Source: an uncultured Planctomycetaceae bacterium
GTDB taxonomy: Bacteria; Planctomycetota; Planctomycetia; Pirellulales; PALSA-1355
NCBI GenBank assembly: GCA_963785305.1
Contig: CAWAUV010000008.1
Span: 896,001-960,000 of the forward strand
Length of the DNA stretch: 64,000 nt
Direction of reading: 5' to 3'
Under the pieces are notes generated by a model, which saw nothing but the letters and a program-made list of their open reading frames with translations, made no database searches and was not told the DNA's origin. A program made the position numbers and the translations under genes. This document shows positions 1-9,383 of the stretch, piece after piece. Each line of letters starts with the position of its first letter. Position 1 is the stretch's first letter.

Positions 1-144
1 GACGCGATTCGTCAAGGTCGCGATTCGTTGGATCGCATCGAAGGCGCGATCGAACATCGCGTGCGTTCGCAACCCTGGCAGGCCATGTTTCTGGCCGTGG
101 GCATTGGAGCGGCCCTTGCGCTGCTACTGCGTCCGCGGCGTTAG
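1..144 (+). CDS. DUF883/ElaB/YqjD-like tail-anchored protein, C-terminal fragment (5' end outside window)
   Basis: Frame 1 reads DAIRQGRDSLDRIEGAIEHRVRSQPWQAMFLAVGIGAALALLLRPRR*, matching the DUF883 C-terminal 'VR.xPW.A..IA.GIG..L..LL.RR' pattern. Confidence 0.7.
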   Translation, partial: DAIRQGRDSLDRIEGAIEHRVRSQPWQAMFLAVGIGAALALLLRPRR

Positions 145-165
145 CGCCGAGCGGCATATCCGATC

Positions 166-181
166 CGGCGCGACGGTTGCC
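166..181 (+). promoter_or_regulatory. sigma-54 -24/-12 type promoter candidate
   Basis: CGGCGC-GACGG-TTGCC; GG and GC at canonical spacing, upstream of ORF 375. Confidence 0.4.
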
Positions 182-218
182 GCGATGAAGCATGGGGGGC
201 GTTGCCAGCGCTCTGTCG

Positions 219-294
219 TAGCTTAAAACTCATGTGTCATGCCCACGCAAGCGCGGGCATGACACATGATCCCTGAGTTATGTCAACGCTCTAG
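219..294. repeat. Short REP-like palindromic element (single hairpin, CTAG end)
   Basis: CATGTGTCATGCCCACGC-AA-GCGCGGGCATGACACATG hairpin at 231-268; same core as elements at 18195, 38310, 45373, 58973; CTAG at 291-294. Confidence 0.7.
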
Positions 295-374
295 GTTATC
301 CGTTCCTGGGGTAATCGAAGCCGCGCCCCCTTTTTCTTACTTTTGATGTCTCCGTTGAACCCAATGGGTGAATT

Positions 375-767
375 ATGTTTGGACGATCTCACAATGGCGC
401 CGCCACCATGGCGCCGCCTTCGACCGCGGAGGAGCAGGCCATGTGCTCGATGTCGGATACTGCCCAGCGGATATGGGAACAGGTTCCCAACCAATACGAA
501 GCGCGGGCCTGGATGCGCGAGCACCCGATCGCGGCGCTCGGCGGCGGTGTGGCGGCCGGTTATCTGGCGGCTCGCCTCTGGAGTCGAGCCCGCGCGGCGA
601 CTGCGACACGTCCGGCCGGGCCGCCCCATGCCCTGGGCGATCCGCGCGTCTTTGATCGGGCCACCTCGGCGCTTTGGCTGATTCCGCTGGTGGAGCTCGC
701 TCGCATCGGACTTCAGGCCGCGACCTACTACATGGTCGCCACGCATCGGACTGAAGAGCGCGCTTGA
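375..767 (+). CDS. hypothetical membrane-associated protein (DUF883-like 'W.REHP.A.LGGGVAAGYL' segment)
   Basis: ORF with REHPIAALGGGVAAGYLAARL hydrophobic motif; start codon uncertain. Confidence 0.55.
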   Translation: MFGRSHNGAATMAPPSTAEEQAMCSMSDTAQRIWEQVPNQYEARAWMREHPIAALGGGVAAGYLAARLWSRARAATATRPAGPPHALGDPRVFDRATSALWLIPLVELARIGLQAATYYMVATHRTEERA

Positions 768-857
768 TTCGCGCAAGCAGGCGGTTGGGGTTGCTAGTCG
801 GTTGAGTATTTCAATAGGCCGACATCCCCCCGATCGATTATCGAGAATAATGGACAA

Positions 858-896
858 GCCCGGCGAGACGTGTTTGATTAACGCGTCTCGCCGGGC
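858..896. terminator. hairpin / probable terminator between convergent genes
   Basis: Perfect 13-bp stem GCCCGGCGAGACG...CGTCTCGCCGGGC. Confidence 0.5.
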
Positions 897-1049
897 ATTG
901 TCATTTGGTGTCACTCGGGTTATTGGGCGGCCGGGCCTCTTGGCGCCCGACGGCGCGAGCCGAGCATAGGGGGCGGGCGCGAGTGCTCGCGCCCGCCCTT
1001 CGTGTCTTCGGGGCGTGCGCAGGGCGACGGCTAATTCGCGAAACGCACG

Positions 1050-1094
1050 AAGCCCGGCGAAGCACTCGTTCAAAAAGCGCTTCGCCGGGCTTTT
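1050..1094. terminator. rho-independent (bidirectional-type) terminator
   Basis: AAGCCCGGCGAAGC...GCTTCGCCGGGCTTTT stem followed by a T run, just downstream of the csbD-like gene. Confidence 0.6.
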
Positions 1095-1140
1095 ATTGTC
1101 GTTCGCGAGCGATTCGCCGCGCAATTTCGGTTCCCGCGAA

Positions 1141-1620
1141 TTACGAGCGATTGCCGCGGAGCAAAAAGCCCACGACCACTCCGGCGAGCATGCCGGCCAC
1201 GAAGGTCGTGGCCACGGATTCGACCGGGCGCTGGCGGACCATCTCACCGGCCGATTCGTAGCCATCATGAAAGCCTTGGCTGAGCTGGTCGTAGCCCTCG
1301 CGAACACGGCGGTTGGCTTCGTTGTAGCCTTCATTCAAACGTTGGCCCGCCACGTCGACGCCTTTTCGCACCTGCTCGGCGGCTTCGTGGACTTTTTCCT
1401 TGGCCGCTTGTTGGATGCCGGGGGCCGCTTCCAAAGCGCGCTCCAGGAACTCTTCGACCGCCCGACGTTCGGCGCCGACTTTGTGCTGGATGCGACCGAT
1501 CAATTGATCGATGTTGCCGCCGGCGATTTGCAAATCGTCGTCGGTCAACTGGCCCCATTTCTCCTTCAGCTTGCCCCGGATCGTTCCCCAGTGGCCGCGA
1601 ATTTCCTCGGTATTGAGCAT
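1141..1620 (-). CDS. CsbD-family general stress protein with C-terminal DUF883-like membrane anchor
   Basis: MLNTEEIRGHWGTIRGKLKEKWGQLTDDDL...GNIDQLIGRIQHKVG (CsbD/YjbJ) plus VRQRPVESVATTFVAGMLAGVVVGFLLR; AGGGAG RBS. Confidence 0.85.
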   Translation of the reverse strand: MLNTEEIRGHWGTIRGKLKEKWGQLTDDDLQIAGGNIDQLIGRIQHKVGAERRAVEEFLERALEAAPGIQQAAKEKVHEAAEQVRKGVDVAGQRLNEGYNEANRRVREGYDQLSQGFHDGYESAGEMVRQRPVESVATTFVAGMLAGVVVGFLLRGNRS

Positions 1621-1679
1621 AGCAGTCATCTCCCTATCGAATGGCTGAGGTATGTGTGAACGGTTGAGCCCGAATGGAG

Positions 1680-1695
1680 TGCAAATGTCGTGCCC
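1680..1695 (-). promoter_or_regulatory. sigma-54 -24/-12 promoter
   Basis: Minus strand GGGCAC-GACAT-TTGCA, 60 bp upstream of the csbD-like start. Confidence 0.7.
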
Positions 1696-1849
1696 AATGG
1701 GCTCCATGATGATTGCGGTTTCTTCATGCGTTTGCAAACGGTCGTGAAGCGAGCACCGCGAACGCGGCGCGGCCAGGCTAGCGATTTCACCCAGGAGTCG
1801 AGGGGCTGTTATCGAGAACTTTCCGTTCGTGGCTTTCCCGCCGAGGTTT

Positions 1850-1865
1850 CGGCGCGAATATTGCT
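1850..1865 (+). promoter_or_regulatory. sigma-54 -24/-12 promoter candidate
   Basis: CGGCGC-GAATA-TTGCT upstream of ORF 2085. Confidence 0.5.
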
Positions 1866-2084
1866 CCATTCCGATGTTTGTTTGCGATTCCTTCGCCCAG
1901 GCAAGCGATCGAGGCCTCGCCTCCAGGGGCGCGCGAACTTACGCGAGCTCGCTCTCGCGCTGCTTGCAGGCGCTGCTTGCTCGCCCGAGCCGCTCTCCCC
2001 CGAGGCGTTCCCCCCTTCGATAACCTTCGCGGCCAGTCGAGCTGGCTTCGCGAACGAGCACTTTTTTCAAAGAGGAGTTTTCTG

Positions 2085-2521
2085 ATGAGCACGCTTTCTC
2101 ATAAATCCCAAGAACAGCGGCCCGACGCGGGTTCGCAAGAATGGCATCATCACGAGCACATTGCCGACACGGCCAAAGCGCAGCGCGGCAATTGGTCGAT
2201 GAGCTTGGCTCGGTGGGGTTGGCGCGGCACGCGATCGAAGCGGCCGGCGCCGAACCAACGACGGATAGTAATCTGTCCGAGCGACAGCAGCAACTTTGCC
2301 AATCGCTCGGCTTTCGCGACATGCACGATCTGATGGAGCATTCGACCCCGATCGAATCGAACGACGGCAAGCAGTGGTTCACCACCGAATTAGCCGACGA
2401 TCGCTGGGTCGTGTGGCGCGAGGAAGAATATCGCGTGGATCGGCACTTCGCCTCCCGCGAAGAAGCGCTCGCCAATGTGCCGCACAACGACGATTTCACC
2501 GGCTCCTCGCTCTTGGGCTAA
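2085..2521 (+). CDS. hypothetical protein (apparent frameshift near 2175)
   Basis: AGAGGAG RBS + ATG 2085 (MSTLSHKSQEQ...HEHIADTAK) continuing in another frame as ARQLVDELGSVGLARHAIEAA...WVVWREEEY. Confidence 0.55.
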
Positions 2522-2677
2522 CCGCGCGACGAACTGCGAAGCCGATTCGAAACAGGTTCCCGCGACCGAGTCCCCCGTTGGGCTTGGCGTGGGAACTTAG
2601 TTTAAGTTGGGTGGCGCCGCTTCAGCCCGGAGGGCATTTCCAAACCCGGTTTAAGCCTTGCCGTTAATCCCGCCGTT

Positions 2678-3115
2678 TCACGTCTCGTTTTCAATCGCGA
2701 GGGATAGTTCCCGACACGAGCTGGCCACCGCGGCGTCGAGACGATCCAATCCGGACGCTTGGGCCAGGGCCTCGGCGTCATGCTCGGGTGTCGGCGCCGC
2801 CGATGGTCCAGAGTCGGGCGCGAAGTCGCCAGACGATGGCCGACCGCTCCCTGGCGAGGAAGATTGAACATGGATGGCGGCGCAATCTTCCTCGAGCCGC
2901 CGGGCTTCGTCCATCGTGACGGCTTCTCCCAGGTTCGCCGCCAAGCCGCGCAGATTGTGGGCGGCGAATTCGGCCCGGTTCCAATCGGCAGCCTCAATGG
3001 CCGCGCGAATCTGAGCGGCCAAGCGCGGCGCCTCGTCGCAGTAGATTTCCATCATCTGACGCATGAGAGCGCGGTCGCCACCAAGTCGCGCGAGAAGTGT
3101 CTGAGGATCGAACAT
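2678..3115 (-). CDS. stand-alone HPt (histidine phosphotransfer) domain protein
   Basis: FDPQTLLARLGGDRALMRQMMEIY...AAHNLRGLAANLG (H-x-L-[KR]-G motif). Confidence 0.85.
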   Translation of the reverse strand: MFDPQTLLARLGGDRALMRQMMEIYCDEAPRLAAQIRAAIEAADWNRAEFAAHNLRGLAANLGEAVTMDEARRLEEDCAAIHVQSSSPGSGRPSSGDFAPDSGPSAAPTPEHDAEALAQASGLDRLDAAVASSCRELSLAIENET

Positions 3116-3262
3116 CGGCGGACAATGAAGAAAAAGACAGCGCGAAACCCAAGCAAACAGCGAATGGCGGATGGTCTGATCCGCTAATTGGATCGTAGTT
3201 CCAGAATGCATCGCAGTGCCAGGGGAGGAAATCCCGCAATATCCTCCCGCTGTCGTCCACAT

Positions 3263-3278
3263 GGCAAAGGCAATGCCA
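3263..3278 (-). promoter_or_regulatory. sigma-54 -24/-12 promoter candidate
   Basis: Minus strand TGGCAT-TGCCT-TTGCC upstream of the HPt gene. Confidence 0.55.
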
Positions 3279-3473
3279 AACTGGTTGGCGTCCGGCCAAC
3301 CGGCTTTGCGACGAGCGCGTCTTTCGGGGTTCGACGGCGGGGCGCATATGGTTGCGAATCGCGATCGTTTGTCTCGCGGGGACCTTGCAAACAAGTGCGG
3401 CGCCCTCGAAATCGCCGGGCGAAAGCAAGCGAGGCAAACACAAAACACCGATTCTTGCGCGTCGCAATCTATT

Positions 3474-3489
3474 TGGCACGGACAATGCA
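3474..3489 (+). promoter_or_regulatory. sigma-54 -24/-12 promoter
   Basis: TGGCAC-GGACA-ATGCA, 70 bp upstream of the DUF1328 start. Confidence 0.65.
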
Positions 3490-3559
3490 CTTCACTTCCT
3501 TCACGTCTGTCGCTCAAGCAAGACCAACCTAAACCAAATTTTTCTTGGAGGATCGTGCC

Positions 3560-3733
3560 ATGTTGTACTGGGCAGCCATGTTTTTCGTGATCGCCCTGAT
3601 CGCCGCGTTGTTTGGATTCGGCGGCATCGCCGCCAGCGCCGCGGGCGTCGCGCAGATTTTGTTCTATGTGTTCCTCGTGCTGTTCGTGATCAGTCTGATC
3701 TTCGGCGGACTCCGCCGCGGGCCGACGATCTAG
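3560..3733 (+). CDS. DUF1328 (YtjA-like) small membrane protein
   Basis: [58 protein letters not shown]. Confidence 0.93.
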   Translation: MLYWAAMFFVIALIAALFGFGGIAASAAGVAQILFYVFLVLFVISLIFGGLRRGPTI

Positions 3734-4084
3734 CAACGAGCGCTAATATCGGGATCGCTAGGATGGCGAACCCTGGGCAAAGGACTTTGTCCCCCCCGTC
3801 GAAGTCCTCTGCAAGAGTTCGCGAGCGACCCGGCCGGCATGGTTTGCCGCCATCTTTCGAGATGGCGACGAATCCCTGCCGGTTTTTTTTGCGCCTATGC
3901 ATTGGCGAGGCTGCACTGTCGCTTCCACGCCTGCCGCATTTTCTTGACTGCGCGTCTCTCCCTCGTGGTTGGTTTCCGTTACGATAACGCCGTGGTTCCT
4001 CGGCTCCGACATTCGATCGCCGGTTACCCATCGTCTTCCAAGATAGACGCAGCCATTGAAGGCGCGAGCGAAGCGGGCGTGCCG

Positions 4085-4935
4085 ATGAAACTTAATGAAT
4101 TCTGGTCCCGGGCCACCGTTGAACAAACGGATCGCGATGGCAAGCGCGTATCGTTTTCCTGCTGGCGCGGCTCGCCGGAAAGCGAAGACGACGCCCATCG
4201 GTCGGCGCTCGCCGCCGCCACCCGGATCGTGCAACAACTCCTGGGCGGCAATCCGCCGCGGCACTACTATGCGCGACTGCCGCTCCGCGAGCGGATCATC
4301 GAGCGGATGACCAACGACCAGGGAGAGTTGATCGCCGCCGTCACTCAAAATGCGTATGGCTCGCTGGTGCTGAATACGGCCCGGGCGATGTTCATCGACC
4401 TTGATTTTCCGCCGAGCTCGCTTTCCCAGAAAACAAGCAATTTCTTCCGCTCGTTCACGGGCAAAGCCACTCCATCGCCCGAGGCGGAGATGCTCGAGCG
4501 CGTCGAACAGTTTCACCGCGCGCATGCGGGCTGGAGCTTCCGCGTGTATCGCACTCTCGCGGGCCTGCGGGTTTTGGTCACGCACGCACTTTTCGAGCCG
4601 AGCGCCGGCGACCCGCGCGCTGTTGGAATCGGTGGGCGCCGATCCCTTGTATATCCGCCTGTGCTTGGCCCAAGACTGCTTCCGAGCCCGGCTCACGCCC
4701 AAGCCATGGCGCTGCGGTTACAGGGCCAACGCCATCACATGGCCGAGGCTCGACGCCGTCGAGGAGCAGCGCTTCGAGAAGTGGCAACAGCAATATCTCG
4801 AACGGCAATCCAAGTACGCCACGTGTCGCTTCTTGTGCCGCCTTGGGCAACGAGCCGACGCACCCCGAGGTAGAACCGATCGCCGCGCTCCACGATCGCT
4901 TGACCCGCTGCCAGGAAGAGGAGAAGCTGGCGTAG
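4085..4935 (+). CDS. conserved-looking hypothetical protein (two apparent frameshifts, near 4600 and 4850)
   Basis: Joined frames give TQNAYGSLVLNT..MFIDLD...FRVYRTLAGLRVLVT...GADPLYIRLC..QDCFRARLTPKPWR...LHDRLT. Confidence 0.65.
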
Positions 4936-4960
4936 CCGACAAATGCTGATCTATTCGAGT

Positions 4961-5998
4961 TCATGCCGGGCTCGTCACGCTCATGGCTCCCCGCGAAGCG
5001 AGCTGCGCGGCAAGATTCGGCACAATGACGGCCGCGCCGCGAAGACGGCCCGAGCGCAGGCAAGCCAGCGCTTGGTTGGCGTCTTCCAGAGCGAATTCTT
5101 GCGTTTCGGTTCGCACATGCGCTCCGGCGGCCAGCGTCAGAAATTCGCGGCCATCGCGACGCGTCAAGTTCGCGACCGAACGCAATTGGCGCTCGCCCCA
5201 CAGCAGATCGTAGGAGAACTCCGGAATCGGCGACATGTGGATTCCGCCACACACCACCACTCCGCCTTTGCGCACGCTCGCCAACGCTTGGGGAACCAGC
5301 GCGCCCACCGGCGCGAAGATGATCGCCGCGTCGAGCTCGACCGGCGGTTTCACAGTCGAATCGCCGGCCCAAACCACGCCGAGCTCCCGGGCGAAAGCTT
5401 GTGAGTTCTCATCGCCGGGCCTGGTGAAGGCATAAATTTCGCCGCCTTGATTTCGGGCGACCTGGGTCACGATGTGAGCCGCGCCGCCAAAGCCATAGAT
5501 GCCGATGCGAACGGAGTCGCCGGTCATGCGTAAGGATCGATATCCGATCAGCCCGGCGCACAACAGCGGCGCCGCTTCGACTGAACCAAAGCTGGGAGGA
5601 ATTCGGAAACAATACGCTTCGTGGGCGACCGTGTATTCCGCGTAGCCGCCATCGAGCGTATAGCCGGTGAACTCCGGAGCGTCGCAGAGATTTTCTTGCT
5701 CCTCGCGACAATAGCGGCAATGGCCGCAAGTCTTTCCCACCCATGGCACGCCGACGCGATCGCCAATCGCAAAACGGTTCGCGCCCTGGCCGAGAGCCAC
5801 CACCACGCCGACGATTTCGTGTCCGAGGATCAAGGGCAATTTGGGATGCGGCAGTTCGCCATCGATCACATGCAGATCCGTTCTGCAAACACCGCAGGCT
5901 TCGACCCGAAGTAGGACCTGCCCCGCGGCCGGCGCCGGCGTCGGGACCTCCATCAATTCCAGGGGCTCTCCGGCATGCTTGAACATCATGGCTTTCAT
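4961..5998 (-). CDS. zinc-dependent alcohol dehydrogenase (AdhP/AdhA-like MDR family)
   Basis: CGVCRTDLH, GHEIVG, CGHCRYC..EENLC structural Zn site, GIYGFGGAAH dinucleotide-binding loop. Confidence 0.95.
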   Translation of the reverse strand: MKAMMFKHAGEPLELMEVPTPAPAAGQVLLRVEACGVCRTDLHVIDGELPHPKLPLILGHEIVGVVVALGQGANRFAIGDRVGVPWVGKTCGHCRYCREEQENLCDAPEFTGYTLDGGYAEYTVAHEAYCFRIPPSFGSVEAAPLLCAGLIGYRSLRMTGDSVRIGIYGFGGAAHIVTQVARNQGGEIYAFTRPGDENSQAFARELGVVWAGDSTVKPPVELDAAIIFAPVGALVPQALASVRKGGVVVCGGIHMSPIPEFSYDLLWGERQLRSVANLTRRDGREFLTLAAGAHVRTETQEFALEDANQALACLRSGRLRGAAVIVPNLAAQLASRGAMSVTSPA

Positions 5999-6289
5999 CC
6001 GGGGGCTCCTTGACCATGGGTAGGATCGAAACGATTATCACCAGCCGACTTGGCGGACTGGGAGCAGAGCGCGTGCCATTGCCTTCTGAAAATCGTTGGA
6101 TTGCAACCCGAATATCGCCGCGGCGCGGACAATCTCGCTCCAGCAACAGCGATCGCTTTCCGTGGGGAGGCGAATAACGCTCGGCAACGCGACAATTTGG
6201 CAAAAGTGAACGGGCCAAAAGTCATGTATCGTGCGATTCCGCGCGCATATCGGGCGATTTTGCCCTCAATGCCGGACTGAAAGCGACGG

Positions 6290-6358
6290 GGGCTCCCCCC
6301 TCCTTCTTTGAGAGAGGGTAGGACAAGGGCTCGCCGAAGTACTCGGATGGGCTATAAG
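6290..6358 (-). repeat. diverged copy of a second small intergenic repeat family
   Basis: Minus strand CTTATAGCCCATCCGAGTACTTCGGCGAGCCCTTGTCCTACCCTCTC resembles CTTAGGGGCCTATCCGAGACCTTCGGCGAGCGCTCACCCTGCCCGCTC at 54363. Confidence 0.45.
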
Positions 6359-6624
6359 AAGCCGCCGAACCAATAGGTCGGCGCCATTCTGGCCTCTTCG
6401 GCCGCGCGCAAAGAAGCCTATCCAAAAACGCCTGGGGTCGAGGCTGGACCGAGGCTTGTCGCGTTCGAGGCGCGACGGCGGTTCGCCACTCGGTCGGTCT
6501 CTCGGCTGTTCTTGGATAGGCTTTTTAGACGATCGCCACGCGACTCTTTCGTTTTCTCCCGCGCGGTTCCGTGTCCCTCACTGTCCCTCCGCGCCAAAAT
6601 GCAGAAGCAATTCGGCGGCGCCAA

Positions 6625-8364
6625 TCACGAGGGCGTGCCAAGCGCCGGGCTCGAAGTGGCGCCAGGTGGCGCCGAGTTCGGCGGGAAACCGCCCCCCGGC
6701 ATTTGCGGCGGTTGATCGGGAACCTTGGGTTGACCGACCTTTTCAGCGGCCAAGTTTCGTAGCGCCCGCGCGAATGGGTCTTGCGGTTGCAGGGAGATCG
6801 CTTTGTCAAGCTGCGTGAACGCGTCTTGATGCCGGCCCGTGTAGTAGTAGTTGTAGCCGAGCAGGAAACGCGTCGCGGGATCGTTCGGCTTCTCGGCGAC
6901 GTTCTTTTCGAGGGCTTGAAGCTGGGTCGTGTAGTCCTCCGGCCGACCATAGAGCTCGCGATAATTGCCGAGGAGCGAACCCCATTTATCTTGCGGCATT
7001 TGCCGCATCGCCAGTTCCGTGGCGCCGGCCGCGTCGTTGTACTGCCCGTTGGCAAACGCGGTTTGGCCGGTGAGCATCAAGAGACCCGGACTGCTGGGCT
7101 CGTCGATCATGGCATGCTTGAAGTCGCGAGCCGCGGCAGTGTATTTACCGCTCCTGAAGTTGGCTTCACCCTGCTGGGCAAAATCGGCCGCCGTGAGATT
7201 ATCGACACTCGAGGTCGAAGGTTGAACCGCGTTGGGATCGACGCTCGTCGCGGGAGTGGGCGGAGCATACGACGAACTGTAGCCGACGCCGCCGTAGCTA
7301 TTCGGATAGGTCGACGTGGCGTTGCCATAGTAAGTCGAGCCGTAGTTGTTGTAGTAGGGATATCCAGAGCTGGCGTAATTGTAGTAGGGATAACCGTAGT
7401 TCGAGTATCCGTAGTACGGGTACCCATAGCTCGAGTAGCCGTAGTAGGGATATCCGTAACCGTAGCCACCATATCCGCCGTAGCCTCCATATCCGCCGTA
7501 GCCTCCATAGCCATAGCCGCCCATGCCATAGCCGAGCCCATAGCCAAGTCCGAAGGCCAGCCCGTATCCGAGTCCGCCAAATCCGAGGCCATATCCGCCA
7601 TAGCCGAGCCCGTAACCCCCGTAGCCTAGGCCATAACCACCATACCCGCCGTAGCCACCATACCCGCCATAGCCACCATACCCTCGACCGTAACCGCCAT
7701 ATCCGCCGTATCCGCCATAACCCCCGAGGCGGCTGCCCAAGAACGAATTTCCATAGCCTCCGCGACCGTACCCGCCATAGCCGCCATATCCGCCGTGGCC
7801 ATAGCCGCCGTGGCCATAGCCAAAACCGTTGTGTCCATATCCTCCGATGCCGCCGAGATGATGGCTGGCGAACGAGCTACCGCCGTAGCCGCCGGCGCCA
7901 CGATAGCCCGCGACATTATGTCCACCGGCGAAGCCACCATGACCGTAACCGCCCATACCTCCAGCGCCGAAATGCGACGAAGCGAAACTGTGGCCGCCGA
8001 CGCCGCCCATATGCGCACCGCCGGCGCCGCCGAAGTGGCTACCGGCGAAGCTATGGCCGCCGTTCATTCCGCCCATGTGCATCCCGCCGGCATGTCCACC
8101 ATAGCCACCCATGTGCATTCCGCCCATGTGGCCGCCATATCCGCCCATTCCGCCCATGTGCATGCCACCCATGTGGCCGCCGCCCATTCCGCCCATATGC
8201 ATGCCGCCCATATGGCCGCCGCCCATATGCCCGCCGCCGCCCATATGCCCGCCACCGCCGTGTCCACCGCCGCCGTGTCCGCCGCCGCCGTGGGCAAAGG
8301 CAAATCCTGCTCCGGCCACGCTCAAGATCGCGCCGCAGGTCCAGACGTAAAGTTGCCGACGCAT
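6625..8364 (-). CDS. secreted Gly/His/Met/Tyr-rich low-complexity protein with C-terminal TPR domain
   Basis: Signal peptide MRRQLYVWTCGAILSVAGAGFAFA; GGHMGG, GGY and YGYPYY repeats; TPR helices (QQGEANFRSGKYTAAARDF...FLLGYNYYYTGRHQDA...PQDPFA). Confidence 0.8.
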   Translation of the reverse strand: MRRQLYVWTCGAILSVAGAGFAFAHGGGGHGGGGHGGGGHMGGGGHMGGGHMGGMHMGGMGGGHMGGMHMGGMGGYGGHMGGMHMGGYGGHAGGMHMGGMNGGHSFAGSHFGGAGGAHMGGVGGHSFASSHFGAGGMGGYGHGGFAGGHNVAGYRGAGGYGGSSFASHHLGGIGGYGHNGFGYGHGGYGHGGYGGYGGYGRGGYGNSFLGSRLGGYGGYGGYGGYGRGYGGYGGYGGYGGYGGYGLGYGGYGLGYGGYGLGFGGLGYGLAFGLGYGLGYGMGGYGYGGYGGYGGYGGYGGYGYGYPYYGYSSYGYPYYGYSNYGYPYYNYASSGYPYYNNYGSTYYGNATSTYPNSYGGVGYSSSYAPPTPATSVDPNAVQPSTSSVDNLTAADFAQQGEANFRSGKYTAAARDFKHAMIDEPSSPGLLMLTGQTAFANGQYNDAAGATELAMRQMPQDKWGSLLGNYRELYGRPEDYTTQLQALEKNVAEKPNDPATRFLLGYNYYYTGRHQDAFTQLDKAISLQPQDPFARALRNLAAEKVGQPKVPDQPPQMPGGGFPPNSAPPGATSSPALGTPS

Positions 8365-8524
8365 AACGCTGCCCTTTATTTGATTTCGCCGGGCGGCGCG
8401 AGCCGAAATGGCAATGGCGCTCACCTTGATGTATTTTACGGTCCAGCGGCGCTCAGGGTGCAAAGTCCTGTTGGCCAACTTACGAGCTTTTAATCTCTCT
8501 GGCACAAAGAAGGACGACTCTGCC

Positions 8525-9080
8525 GTGGCTAAGGTTCTTGTGCTCTACGATTCCCAGACCGGCAACACGGCCCAAATGGCCGAGCTCGTGGCCGAAGGCG
8601 CGGCGAGCGTTGCCGGCGTCGAGGTACGGCTACGCTCGGTCGACGTGGCCACGGCCGACGATGTGCTGTGGTGCGATGGGCTCGCCGTGGGCAGTCCGAC
8701 CAATATGGGCCTCCTGTCGTGGAAGATGAAACGGTTCTGGGACGAAACCATGGCCGACTCGTGGATGAAGGTCGATGGCCGCGTGGCGTGCGCCTTTTCC
8801 TCGTCGGGCGGCTGGGGCGGCGGCGCCGAGCTTGCGTGTCAATCGATCCTGACCGTGCTGCTCAATTTTGGCTTCCTGGTGTTCGGCGTGACGGATTATG
8901 TGGCCAAACTCATGACATTGCACTATGGGGCCGTCGCCTGCCGCGCGCCCGCGGCGGCGACGAACAAGCCGCCTGCCGCAAGCTCGGGCTTCGACTTGCC
9001 GAGTGGACGGCCGTGGTGGCCGAGGGCGCTTGGAGGAACATCCGCTGCGAAAAAACGCCCCACGATTGCCGCCGGGGTGA
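8525..9080 (+). CDS. flavodoxin/WrbA-like protein (frameshifts near 3' end)
   Basis: VLVLYDSQTGNTAQMAELVAEGA FMN loop, GSPTNMG, AFSSSGGWGGG; continues as ACRKLGLRLAEW in another frame. Confidence 0.85.
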
Positions 9081-9383
9081 GGAAAAGCCACCGCGTCGAG
9101 CCAGGAAACGCCGGCTTGCGGCGGAAATCCCTCGAAGTAAACTGGTAGACTGGGCAATCTGGGCCCATGTCGCCCGCGGCGCCCATTGCGGTCGCTGGGC
9201 CAATCGCGGTTTGCGGTCTACAATGCTATCGTGGGGCTCGAGCGCTCACGGTTTCCGATCGGAAAACAGGCGCGAAACGGGCGCGGCGATTGCAGTCATC
9301 AAAGCGGCGGCGCGACAATCAAAACAGCAGCGCGCGATATGCGCCGCGATCGATAGGCATATTTACTCCTCCAAGGTGGGACC

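Noticed and set aside
7400..8290. CRISPR or non-coding tandem repeats
   Set aside because: The periodicity is codon-level Gly/Tyr/His coding sequence on the minus strand
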